DNA of 24,757 nt, from assembly GCA_051003155.1 (NCBI GenBank), contig JBPCLO010000040.1, positions 1 through 24,757 of the forward strand, given 5' to 3'. Below the pieces are notes generated by a model, which ran no database searches, was not told the origin of the DNA, and saw only the letters and a list, made by a program, of their open reading frames with translations. The stretch is from Fimbriimonadales bacterium (GTDB lineage Bacteria; Armatimonadota; Fimbriimonadia; Fimbriimonadales; ATM1). The position numbers and the translations under genes were made by a program. Shown piece after piece: positions 1 through 7,876 of the stretch (within the stretch, counting starts at the first letter, position 1; each line of letters starts with the position of its first letter).

Positions 1-1
1 G

Positions 2-541
2 GGTCGAACCGGTGTTGTTGGGAAGGTCCGCGTCGTTGACGGTAACGCGCCACTGCTCGATGTTTTCTGCTGGCTCGTCGATACGGGCCGTGATCAGAAT
101 CTTGCCGTTAATAAAGCTGTTGTTGAGTGGGCTGTACTCGAACAGGCGTGGCGCAAATCGGTCGAGCGTTACGTGAATCGTGACGGTGTTGTACTTGTTG
201 CCCTGCTCGGTAGCCGTGACGACGATTGTATAGCCGCCTTCCGGGAACGACTCGCTCGGGTTCCAATTGATCGTTCCGCTGGCGTTGCCGTTCTCGTCCG
301 GGTTGACCTGCGTTTCTAGGGTCGTGTTCGCGCCGCCCTCATCCGCCGTTATGACAGCCCGTACGGTGACCTGATTTATGCCGCCGGTGATACGGAAGGT
401 GATTACGGTGTTGCTTCCAACGAAGTCCCCATCTGCCGGAGACTGAACAATAAGAGTGCCCGCTTGGGCTGCAGCGACAGCCGTGACCAACGCAAAGCTA
501 CAGAGAATTTTCTTAAATACTGAAGATGTGAATGATCTCAA
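2..541 (-). CDS. Secreted Ig-like (Big-type) beta-sandwich domain protein, 3' end outside window
   Basis: Translated by hand; not in the ORF track. TTG start at 541 with AAGGAG at 549-554, open to the window edge: MRSFTSSVFKKILCSFALVTAVAAAQA|GTLIVQSPADGDFV...PEGGYTIVVTATE...VTLDRFAP. Has a signal peptide with AQA cleavage and an Ig-like 'SPxDG...EGxYTIxVxA...D..AP' pattern. Confidence 0.8.
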   Translation of the reverse strand, partial: MRSFTSSVFKKILCSFALVTAVAAAQAGTLIVQSPADGDFVGSNTVITFRITGGINQVTVRAVITADEGGANTTLETQVNPDENGNASGTINWNPSESFPEGGYTIVVTATEQGNKYNTVTIHVTLDRFAPRLFEYSPLNNSFINGKILITARIDEPAENIEQWRVTVNDADLPNNTGST

Positions 542-652
542 AATCTGTCTCCTTAATGCCATCTCTAATACTAGGCTGTTAACGCAGCCATTTGATGATG
601 CGTTCCAATATTGGCAGAGGACATGGGATTTTGCAGTCACTCAGATTACCGG

Positions 653-846
653 TGGTCTTGCCCCCTGAAAATGAAGTCGTCGAAAGAGTAGTCTCTCTCC
701 CTTGCGCAAGCAATGAAAAAATCGAAGTACAACGAAGAGCAAATCGTTCGGATTCTGCAGTTGGCAGCAAGTGCCAGACGCGGGCCCAGGTGTGCAAGGA
801 CCACGGCCTAAGCCCGAACACGTTCTACATTTGCAGGCCCGCGTAC
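653..846 (+). mobile_element. Degenerate IS3-family insertion sequence remnant (left end plus frameshifted, truncated orfA)
   Basis: TGGTCTTGCCCCCTGAAAA at 653 resembles IS3/IS407-type TG...GCCCCC ends. ATG at 713 gives MKKSKYNEEQIVRILQLAA. After a frameshift near 770 it continues QTRAQVCKDHGLSPNTFYICR, matching the HTH_Tnp_1 pattern MKKSRFTEEQIxxIL...VCRxHGISxxTFYxW. No orfB follows. Confidence 0.8.
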
Positions 847-906
847 TTCCCTATGGCCACCTCACCGCCACCGGCGTATTCATGGATCCACCCGCTCCTA
901 AGGCAG

Positions 907-935
907 AAGCAGGACCGCCCCATGCGGTCCTGCTT
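907..935 (-). terminator. Perfect 12-bp inverted repeat, probable terminator of the metal gene cluster
   Basis: AAGCAGGACCGC (907-918), 5-nt loop, GCGGTCCTGCTT (924-935), 9 nt downstream of the stop at 945. The U-tract is weak. Confidence 0.65.
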
Positions 936-944
936 ATATATTCG

Positions 945-1445
945 TTAGTGCTCGTGGCGCGAGAACACGACGAGGTCGCCATGATCGACCAGGCCGTCGA
1001 AGCCGAACGAATTGTGGTGAGCGTCCCGGAATGTGATGCGGAACAAGTCAGCATCGTTGTGCGGATGATGGAGATTGCGGCGATCCACGACGCGGACGCT
1101 AACGTGCCCATATACCGTTTCATGATGCCCGTTACGCTCCCTGGTAAGCGAACCGCGCCCAGCGAACTCGCATACATTGCCTACCACGCCGACCATGGCC
1201 GGCTTTCCCATTTCGATAACGACCCGGGGCCCGGCATGGTTCTGCTGCTGCTCGAACCGAAGTCGGCCCTCGAACTGAGGAAGGTGCCCCTCGGCGGTTC
1301 GCTTGGAAACTGAGTAGTCGAACGCGCCCACCCGTCCGTCGTGAGTGGTGGCGGTGCCGTGGCCATAGGAGCCGACCGCAAGGATGTGGGCAAGACCAAT
1401 CGTCGTCATAGCAAGGGCGGAAAGAACGAGAAGTTTCTTAAGCAT
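945..1445 (-). CDS. Secreted His-rich hypothetical protein (166 aa, beta-rich)
   Basis: ATG at 1445 with GGAGGA at 1451-1456. Signal peptide MLKKLLVLSALAMTTIGLA. 16 His, including HH pairs, HHPH and a C-terminal HEH. Confidence 0.8.
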   Translation of the reverse strand: MLKKLLVLSALAMTTIGLAHILAVGSYGHGTATTHDGRVGAFDYSVSKRTAEGHLPQFEGRLRFEQQQNHAGPRVVIEMGKPAMVGVVGNVCEFAGRGSLTRERNGHHETVYGHVSVRVVDRRNLHHPHNDADLFRITFRDAHHNSFGFDGLVDHGDLVVFSRHEH

Positions 1446-1563
1446 GATAATCCTCCAAGTGTCGTTTAAAATATATACGGTGGCACGCGTGCTTTGTTCG
1501 GGCTGCAAGTCTAAATGGTAGAATCACCTCGATGCCACCGGGGGCGCAACTGAGTCGGCACGG

Positions 1564-1887
1564 TTAGATGGCGGCAGCCGAATCGCGGCATGTCTTCTCG
1601 CAACGCCGGCATGCCTCGGCGCACCGGCGGCACTGGTCCATGTGCGACGAGTACTTTTCGCACTCTGCTGCGCATCGGTCGCAGACCTCTGCGCAGGCGG
1701 TGCAGTCAGCGTTGGAGCCGGTCCGCATTGTTTGCACGCACCGGTCGCAACTCTGGGTGCACTCCTCGCAGAGGCGTACGCACTCCTCCATGCCCGTCAT
1801 TCCCCGGCAGGCTTCGGCGCACGTGCGGCACGCCGAGCCGCAAGCAATACACGCTTCAACGCACCGATTGAGTGTTTCGGTCATCAC
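1564..1887 (-). CDS. Four-helix-bundle copper storage protein (Csp3/DUF326-like)
   Basis: 21 Cys in alternating CxxC/CxxxC spacing, ending in HMDQCRRCAEACRRCEKTC. No signal peptide. AGGAG at 1894-1898. Confidence 0.92.
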   Translation of the reverse strand: MMTETLNRCVEACIACGSACRTCAEACRGMTGMEECVRLCEECTQSCDRCVQTMRTGSNADCTACAEVCDRCAAECEKYSSHMDQCRRCAEACRRCEKTCRDSAAAI

Positions 1888-1966
1888 TGTTTTCTCCTGT
1901 GAGCTAGTTGTCTGTGGATGAGGGCATGCTACCCCAGTCAGTGGCCAATCGCGGAAAAGATTTCGA

Positions 1967-2338
1967 TTATTTGGCGACGACTGTCCCCTTGTACATCCCC
2001 ATGGGGCAAGCGAACGCGTAAGTTCCAGGCTTGTCGGGCGTGAAGGTCACAACCGTTTTCTGACCCTCGGTGAGGGCCTTCCGCATCTCGGGTCTCTCGA
2101 AGACGACCTCGGTCGCGCACCCCGCCTTGATGGTATCGAATGTAAGCCGGACAGGCTCGCCCGCCTTTACGCTGATCGTCGACGGGCTGAAACCGTTGTT
2201 CACGGTTACGGTTGCTTCCTGCGCGCCCCCCAAGGCCACGGGAGCAGGCTCGCCTTCGGTGCTCTTGGTATTGCATCCGAGCCATGATGCTCCAGCGGCA
2301 AGCGCCAATGCGACTGAAACGAGATTCCTGATTCTCAT
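1967..2338 (-). CDS. Cupredoxin-domain lipoprotein (CupA-like copper chaperone)
   Basis: Lipobox-like WLGC. Cupredoxin pattern GFSPSTISVKAGEPVRLTF...GCATEVVF...FTPDKPGTYAFACPMGMYKG, with Cys plus CxMxM as in CupA-type Cu(I) sites. Confidence 0.9.
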   Translation of the reverse strand: MRIRNLVSVALALAAGASWLGCNTKSTEGEPAPVALGGAQEATVTVNNGFSPSTISVKAGEPVRLTFDTIKAGCATEVVFERPEMRKALTEGQKTVVTFTPDKPGTYAFACPMGMYKGTVVAK

Positions 2339-2455
2339 GAGCTTTTCTACGCGCGGCCGGGGCGGCCTGTGGCAGAGCCGGCGTCCGCGAGTGCGATTAG
2401 TTTGCGACCAAGGTGCTCTGCAATGGCCTTTCCTGACCTTACGAACTCCGAAACC

Positions 2456-2794
2456 TTACTGCTTCATTTGCGCGTGCTTTAGAAGTTCGGCGTGCTCCTT
2501 AGTCTGGGCCGATTTCATCCCCTTTGCCATTGCGATTAGGGGCGCGCTCTTCCCGTGCTCAAGATAGATGTCCACCATCTTGATCGCACCCATGTGGTGG
2601 TCTGCCATCATGACCGCCAAATCCCGATCGACGTCTCCCGTCATCTCCATCTTGCCCATCGACGTCATGGCCTTGTGCATCTGCGTCGAGGGACTCTGGT
2701 CGGCCATTGGTTCGCTAGTGTCCGGATCGCGCTGAGCGGTGCACGCTCCGATAAAGACACACGCGATGGCGATCACTGCCAGCTTGCTATTCAT
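2456..2794 (-). CDS. DUF305-family (CopM-like) Met/His-rich lipoprotein
   Basis: ATG at 2794 with AAGGAG at 2800-2805, preferred over the track start at 2848. Lipobox IGAC. DUF305 motif TGDVDRDLAVMMADHHMGAIKM...AQTKE. Confidence 0.88.
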   Translation of the reverse strand: MNSKLAVIAIACVFIGACTAQRDPDTSEPMADQSPSTQMHKAMTSMGKMEMTGDVDRDLAVMMADHHMGAIKMVDIYLEHGKSAPLIAMAKGMKSAQTKEHAELLKHAQMKQ

Positions 2795-2897
2795 TCTTTC
2801 TCCTTTTGCTGCTCGTTTGACTCGTTCTGGTGGTGCTTGCGCTCTCATCGTGTTTGTTCCTTTCGCCTTCGCGGTGTTCGATTCATGGGAGCGTCGT

Positions 2898-3698
2898 TTA
2901 GCCGTAAACCATTAGCGCTCCGAAGTGGCCGGCGGCGGCGACGATGCTCGTCGTAGCTGCCAGCGAAATCCAGTAGAAGGGCGAATCGTGCTCCCCCTTG
3001 CGCCTCCAGGCCGCAACGGCTAGCATAAGCACCGTTGCCGCCGAGGCGAGAATGAAGTGAATAAGGAGGTTGCCCTCCAAGCTGAACCCCACTCTCAGCC
3101 ATGCGGCGATGCCTGTCGGCACCGCTATAAATGAGGCCAGCGCTCCGAACCCGAGATTCCAGATCGCGAAGCGTCGCAAGTCGCCGTTTCGTCGCCACTT
3201 GCCGAGGAACTCCAAGAACGCTCCGAATATGAACAGAGCGATCGGAAAGTGGACAGCAAGCGGGTGGAAGCTGTGGGGCGGGATCAGCTGACCCACTTCG
3301 TTCGCCATCGGCACCTTCTCCACCCGTGGCTGACCTTCCTTCGGGGCGGGGCGGCTGGTCGAGTCTCCAGGGAGAAATCCGCCGTGGATCTCCTCGATGT
3401 TGGTAAAGCCATCATGATCGGAGTCCTTCGACTCCAGATTCGATAAGAGCTTGACCGTTACTTCGGGAAGCTGCTCCGTGCGCATGGCCGCCTTGATGTC
3501 TTTACCATAAGCGTTATGCTGCTGCCCTCCCGCCATGGTCGTGTGGCACGTCATGCAGCTGGCCCTGAACAGGGCCGAGCCCTTTGGCGGATTGTAGTGT
3601 TCACTGAAGGTATCCCAATAAGGGGGAATCGCCAGCGCTGCCGCCCAGATCGCTACCGCACCGATCACCACGAGGGACCGGCGATTCGTTCCGTTCAC
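2898..3698 (-). CDS. Cytochrome c (CxxCH) domain fused to DUF2231 membrane domain
   Basis: N-terminal hydrophobic signal, then SCMTCH, NAYGKD and the Ca-loop-like DSDHDGFTNIEE. C-terminal ~4-TM domain with the DUF2231 signature HPLAVHFPIALF...H...GHFGALMVYG. Confidence 0.85.
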   Translation of the reverse strand: MNGTNRRSLVVIGAVAIWAAALAIPPYWDTFSEHYNPPKGSALFRASCMTCHTTMAGGQQHNAYGKDIKAAMRTEQLPEVTVKLLSNLESKDSDHDGFTNIEEIHGGFLPGDSTSRPAPKEGQPRVEKVPMANEVGQLIPPHSFHPLAVHFPIALFIFGAFLEFLGKWRRNGDLRRFAIWNLGFGALASFIAVPTGIAAWLRVGFSLEGNLLIHFILASAATVLMLAVAAWRRKGEHDSPFYWISLAATTSIVAAAGHFGALMVYG

Positions 3699-3766
3699 GC
3701 CCGCCGCTGGCCCCGCGCGCCGAAGAGGTCAGTCGCGATCAGCAGCATCAGAATTGGCCGCATCAT
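3695..3766 (-). CDS. Putative 23-aa coupled mini-ORF (MMRPILMLLIATDLFGARGQRRA)
   Basis: Its ATG overlaps the upstream stop (ATGA), it follows AGGAAGGG, and its TGA overlaps the GTG start at 3698 (GTGA). Confidence 0.35.
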   Translation of the reverse strand: MMRPILMLLIATDLFGARGQRRA

Positions 3767-3912
3767 CCCTTCCTGGCCTTGCCCCCACAGCCTCTGGAGC
3801 CGCAGCCCGGCTTGCCGTGGGGCAGCCGAATCCCGAGCTTCCTCAAGATCATGTGCGCTAGCAGGACGTGCGCGATGACGACGATAGCGATAACTCCGGC
3901 GGACCCGTGCAC
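3763..3912 (-). CDS. 49-aa single-TM peptide with Gly/Cys-rich tail (resembles FeoB-associated Cys-rich membrane peptides)
   Basis: Hand translation: MHGSAGVIAIVVIAHVLLAHMILRKLGIRLPHGKPGCGSRGCGGKARKG*. The GTG start overlaps the upstream TAG (TAGTG). Below the ORF-track length cutoff. Confidence 0.6.
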   Translation of the reverse strand: MHGSAGVIAIVVIAHVLLAHMILRKLGIRLPHGKPGCGSRGCGGKARKG

Positions 3913-5315
3913 TACTTGACCTCCAGCGTGTAGCCCAAAGTCTTGATTTGACCGCCCCGCTTGAACTGCGAGTAGGCGACATAACGACCCGGCTTCGGGA
4001 AACGAGCGGTGAACCGAACCTCCCCATTCTTCATGAGAGCCTGAGTTTCTTCATCATCCTTAGGGTGACTGTGAACCACCGTCTGACCGTCCTCGTGGAG
4101 GATCATCAGGTGTCCCGCGGCGCCGAGCCAAGGCTGGGTGTCCCCCACCGGCTGGCCCGTTTTGGCGTCGGTGAGCTTCACGCGTAGCACGGTCATCTTG
4201 CCGATCGGAATCGGCGACTCAGCCGGCTCGATTAATCCCGTCAAGCCCTGGTAGGTGATCGGGCCCCTGTTCGGCGAGAACATCGGCTTCCCTTCGGGCG
4301 GATCGCCCATCACGTTGACCTTGTTGATCAAAATGCGGCTCCCTTTGCCCGTTGGAGCGACGTCGCCGTAGACCCACCAGTCGCCCCCGGCGGGGAACGT
4401 GGCGCGGTAAGTCCACGTTCCGTCCGGCGCCATCGCCGGGTGCTCGTGCATAAACTGCGTGAGGTCCTTGCTGGCGATGAGCAGGTGAAACTTCTGCTCG
4501 TGCGCGACGTCGAACTGGGTCACGGGCTTGCCCGTCTTCGTGTCGACGACCTGCAGCCTCAGATCGACCGGCTGGCCGGCCCTTACGTGCTCCGGCCACT
4601 GGACAACCTTGAGTTCATATGGCTTTTTCTTGGCCGCGTCGGCTGGGCGCTCGTCACCGACGTTCACCTTGAAGCCAGCGTTGATCGGTTCGCCACCCTT
4701 CGGCGCGATGGCGAGGTCGATCTGATACTCGCCGCCGTGCGGGAAGAAGAGCTCGAGGCCTTGCACTCCGACGCGGCCCTCCTTATGGACGTTCGGCTTC
4801 TGCTCCGGCATGCCAGGCATGCTCGGCATAGTGACGACCGCCCTCACGTCGAAGTCCACGCCGTTCATGCCGCCGAATTCAACGTCCTTCTGCGTCGAGT
4901 CGAAAACGCCGAACTCGATGTCGATCTCTTCGCCCGCAAAGACACCGTCTTCCGGCGGCCACAGTTCGATGACGTACTTGCCTAACTTGACCGACTCGAT
5001 TTGGGTCGGCTCCTGCAACCTCTTGCTCTTCGTTTCAGATTCGAGCGAAACAAACTTCGCCGGGTTCTTGTCGAAAGCCGGTTTGCAGGCGTCACAGCAG
5101 AAGTAATAGCGTTTGCCCTTGTAGTCGGAAAACCCCGAAGCTTTCTTTTCAGAAGCGATGACAGTCTTCATTACGGGGCAAACGAGCTTGCCTCCAGCGT
5201 TCCGGTACGGCACCGGTTTCTCGTCCTGCTCGGCTGGCCTTTCAGTGGTAGCGATTTGCCACCCTGCGAAGGCGAGAGCCGTCCCGCCGACGGCAATTAG
5301 TGTGATTTTATTCAT
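3912..5315 (-). CDS. Secreted multidomain metal-binding protein: YHS domain, YtkA-like domain and duplicated HxHP beta-sandwich domains
   Basis: Signal/anchor, then YHS motif CPVM...YKGKRYYFCCDACKPAFDKNP, MPSMPGMP...FPHGGEY, and two repeats HEQKFHLLI...FMHEHP...FPAGGDW and GAAGHLMIL...VHSHP...FPKPGRY. Confidence 0.88.
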   Translation of the reverse strand: MNKITLIAVGGTALAFAGWQIATTERPAEQDEKPVPYRNAGGKLVCPVMKTVIASEKKASGFSDYKGKRYYFCCDACKPAFDKNPAKFVSLESETKSKRLQEPTQIESVKLGKYVIELWPPEDGVFAGEEIDIEFGVFDSTQKDVEFGGMNGVDFDVRAVVTMPSMPGMPEQKPNVHKEGRVGVQGLELFFPHGGEYQIDLAIAPKGGEPINAGFKVNVGDERPADAAKKKPYELKVVQWPEHVRAGQPVDLRLQVVDTKTGKPVTQFDVAHEQKFHLLIASKDLTQFMHEHPAMAPDGTWTYRATFPAGGDWWVYGDVAPTGKGSRILINKVNVMGDPPEGKPMFSPNRGPITYQGLTGLIEPAESPIPIGKMTVLRVKLTDAKTGQPVGDTQPWLGAAGHLMILHEDGQTVVHSHPKDDEETQALMKNGEVRFTARFPKPGRYVAYSQFKRGGQIKTLGYTLEVK

Positions 5316-5386
5316 GATTTCATTTTCGTTTTGTGGTCGCTGCCCAGGTATTTTTCGAGCCCGTCGCGTTTACATTTCTTCACAAG

Positions 5387-6154
5387 TTAGAATCCGGTCG
5401 AGTATCCGAGTATCAGCCTCAAAGGGTTCGAATTAGAGCCACGTCCGGTGACGATGTCGGACTGTAGGCCAAAGTCTAAAACCGATCTCGGCGTCATTTG
5501 CCTGCGCACGCCGATGCCGGCCGAAAGGATCGCGCCGTCTCCCCTCCGCTCAGCCTGCCGCACAGCAATTTCGGCAAGGCCGGTGGTGTCGAAATGCCTC
5601 GGATAACCGATGGGCTTGGTGTACCCGAGTACCGCTCCCACGAGAGTCTTGTTGGTGCCCGCGGGTGCGTCGGGGAGGAAGTCCACGTCGACATTGATGT
5701 GAAGGCGGTCAAACTGCCCCGCATTCCGAGTCATGATGCCGCGCAAGCGGTAAGAGGCGGTGTCCCCGCGCTCAGTCGGCAGCGCCACTTCGGCCTTGAG
5801 GGCCATGGCGGGGCCGCCACGGGTTTCACGACGAAAGCTGTGGAGAATGCTGAGATCGAGCGGGCTGACACCGTTTCCCGCCCCCTGCCCAGCGCGGGCC
5901 GCAAGGCCGACTTCGAACTGCGTGTCCATCATCCCGCCCCAGATGAGCGTGACCGGGAACTCGAATCCCGGCCTGCCATTTTTGAAAAAGTTACCGGCAA
6001 ACCCGAATTCGACCGCCTTGCCGAGGTAGGCGATAGCTTCGGCATCATCGAAGCTGAGCGGCCGACCCGAGTCGATATTGTCGTGGTCGGTTTGAGCTGT
6101 AGCCGATACACTGAGAATCAGCGCCGTCAAGGACGGGAACAGGACGCGTTTCAA
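5387..6154 (-). CDS. Putative outer-membrane beta-barrel (MetA-pathway/'transporter'-like porin)
   Basis: Signal peptide ending ATA, amphipathic strands, and a C-terminal LILGYSTGF with terminal Phe (BAM-type signal). The TTG start overlaps the upstream stop (TTGA). Confidence 0.72.
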   Translation of the reverse strand: MKRVLFPSLTALILSVSATAQTDHDNIDSGRPLSFDDAEAIAYLGKAVEFGFAGNFFKNGRPGFEFPVTLIWGGMMDTQFEVGLAARAGQGAGNGVSPLDLSILHSFRRETRGGPAMALKAEVALPTERGDTASYRLRGIMTRNAGQFDRLHINVDVDFLPDAPAGTNKTLVGAVLGYTKPIGYPRHFDTTGLAEIAVRQAERRGDGAILSAGIGVRRQMTPRSVLDFGLQSDIVTGRGSNSNPLRLILGYSTGF

Positions 6155-7839
6155 TTTCTGCCTCCTGAGCAGCAGCGGGGCTTCTTCGTTGTCGAGATTG
6201 CCATAGCGGTCCCGGCCTCACCGCCCATGCCACCGTCTTCACGTTTTTTGTACGGGTTGTCTACCGGTCCCTGCTTCTTCTCGTATGTGTCCGGTTCGTC
6301 GCCACCGAGCAGGCTCCACTCGGCGAGTGTCAGCGGTTTCGCGGTTTGCAGATCCTCATCGTCTTCCTGCGCTTTCACGTATACGTCAAACGCTGCACGG
6401 GTAGTGAAGGCGCGCGACCACGACGAGCAGCCTGCGTGCGACGCGGGAACCTCCAGGAACATAACGTCCCTGATGTTCGACGTTAGGTTGCCCTCCTCGT
6501 TCGAAATGAGTATCAAGGGGCGCATCGGGTCCTCGGTGGTGGCGCGGATGATGGCTTCCCCTTCGACTTGGGCGGCCATGTCACGGGCGCAGAGGACGCA
6601 ACGAACATTCATCGTCCATCCTTCGGCACTGACCGTGGCGCCCGCTCCGGATTTGGGATCGAAGTCGATCGCCATAGAGCAGTGTGCGCAACTGGACATA
6701 TCCATCCAGCCCATGCCGGGCATGTACATAAGCTGCGGCGTGGACATCTTCATCATGCCCATTCCGGGCTGCCCTTCCATGAATCGGTGGTCGTGAAGAT
6801 AGTCGCCGGCCTTGAAGTCGCCGGGCTTTTCTCCTTTATGGGGATCCTCCACCACCATCCAAATGGCGCGCTTAATCTGCTCATCTTTTTGCCGCGCGGT
6901 CATCCAGTCGCTTACCAGGATGTCATTGACCATGTCATGCAGCATATGGAGGTTGTCGAACGCAATAGCGAGTTGCGGGAACCGACGTGAAAACTCCGGC
7001 GAAGTCTCCGAGAACATCGGCATGAAGTCGCGATCCGTGCGGTAAAGCTCTACCTCGTGATAGCGCTTGCCGACAACGTCATATTGCGTCCTCATGTCGG
7101 CCAGCGAACGGCTCTTCCACAGCATGTCGTAAACCGCTCCTTGCAGCCAGTGATAACCCCAGAAGAGGCCGTTCACCTTGGGATACTTCTGGCGGAACGC
7201 GCCGCTGTACGCCTGACTATCCAGATAGTCCATATTGAGCGGCAAGCTGGTGACCGTGTAAGGCGCTTTCTGTTTGTAATAACGCCAGATCGCCTCGATC
7301 TCAAGGTCCTTCTGCTCTTGAGTTAGGTCCATGCTCGCCAGCACGTCGATGGTCTGGGCGTGAAGCACGTGGGTCCAGTCGAACACCTTCTCCAGGGCGC
7401 CGTAGTGCCTTGCGAATGTCGGCGAGATGAACTTTTCGCCGGGCATGAGCTTCGGCGGGTGGTTGAGGACCCAGTTGATTTGATCGAAGGTGCGGGTGTC
7501 CAGGGTGGCCGCCTTGCCGGTCACGAGGTCCTCATATGCCATGGAGTGTCCGACGGCGACGGCATTGAAGTCGCGGGCCATCCGATCGACATTATAAATG
7601 TCGAAGTTATACGGCCCGCGCTTGTAGAAAACCTCGCTGTAGCGCTGGCTCTTCATCCACGCGGGTAATTTCTCTGGAAGCGGCTTGAGCGCCCTGGGTC
7701 CCTTCGGGGCGTCGATTTTCACCGGCACGTTGTGCCCGCCGTGCTGGCCCGTATCTTCTTGTGCGACGATGGCGACCGGCGCAGCCAGTGCTGCGCCGAT
7801 CCCGATCGCCATTTTCCATTTCCTGTTCATGGTGATCAC
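6151..7839 (-). CDS. Secreted His-motif helical metalloprotein with Met-rich linker and C-terminal MerB/NosL-like Cys domain
   Basis: Signal peptide, twin motifs FDWTHVLH and FDNLHMLH, linker MGMMKMSTPQLMYMPGMGWMDM, then CAHC...RCVLCA...SHAGC. The start is GTG 7839 or ATG 7830; AGGAG at 7843-7847. Confidence 0.85.
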   Translation of the reverse strand: MITMNRKWKMAIGIGAALAAPVAIVAQEDTGQHGGHNVPVKIDAPKGPRALKPLPEKLPAWMKSQRYSEVFYKRGPYNFDIYNVDRMARDFNAVAVGHSMAYEDLVTGKAATLDTRTFDQINWVLNHPPKLMPGEKFISPTFARHYGALEKVFDWTHVLHAQTIDVLASMDLTQEQKDLEIEAIWRYYKQKAPYTVTSLPLNMDYLDSQAYSGAFRQKYPKVNGLFWGYHWLQGAVYDMLWKSRSLADMRTQYDVVGKRYHEVELYRTDRDFMPMFSETSPEFSRRFPQLAIAFDNLHMLHDMVNDILVSDWMTARQKDEQIKRAIWMVVEDPHKGEKPGDFKAGDYLHDHRFMEGQPGMGMMKMSTPQLMYMPGMGWMDMSSCAHCSMAIDFDPKSGAGATVSAEGWTMNVRCVLCARDMAAQVEGEAIIRATTEDPMRPLILISNEEGNLTSNIRDVMFLEVPASHAGCSSWSRAFTTRAAFDVYVKAQEDDEDLQTAKPLTLAEWSLLGGDEPDTYEKKQGPVDNPYKKREDGGMGGEAGTAMAISTTKKPRCCSGGRN

Positions 7840-7876
7840 ATTCTCCTAAGCCTTTGAATCGGCTTCGAGGGCCTGG

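Noticed and set aside
592..1313. Plus-strand ORFs 592-948 and 771-1313 as real genes
   Set aside because: The first only borrows part of the IS3 orfA relic and crosses the terminator hairpin; the second is antisense to the His-rich gene.
1564..1887. Ferredoxin or metallothionein call for the Cys-rich protein
   Set aside because: Helical CxxC/CxxxC periodicity throughout, without the CxxCxxCxxxCP ferredoxin signature, fits the Csp four-helix bundle.
5498..6796. 432-aa plus-strand ORF
   Set aside because: Antisense shadow of two well-supported minus-strand genes in GC-rich DNA; no motifs.
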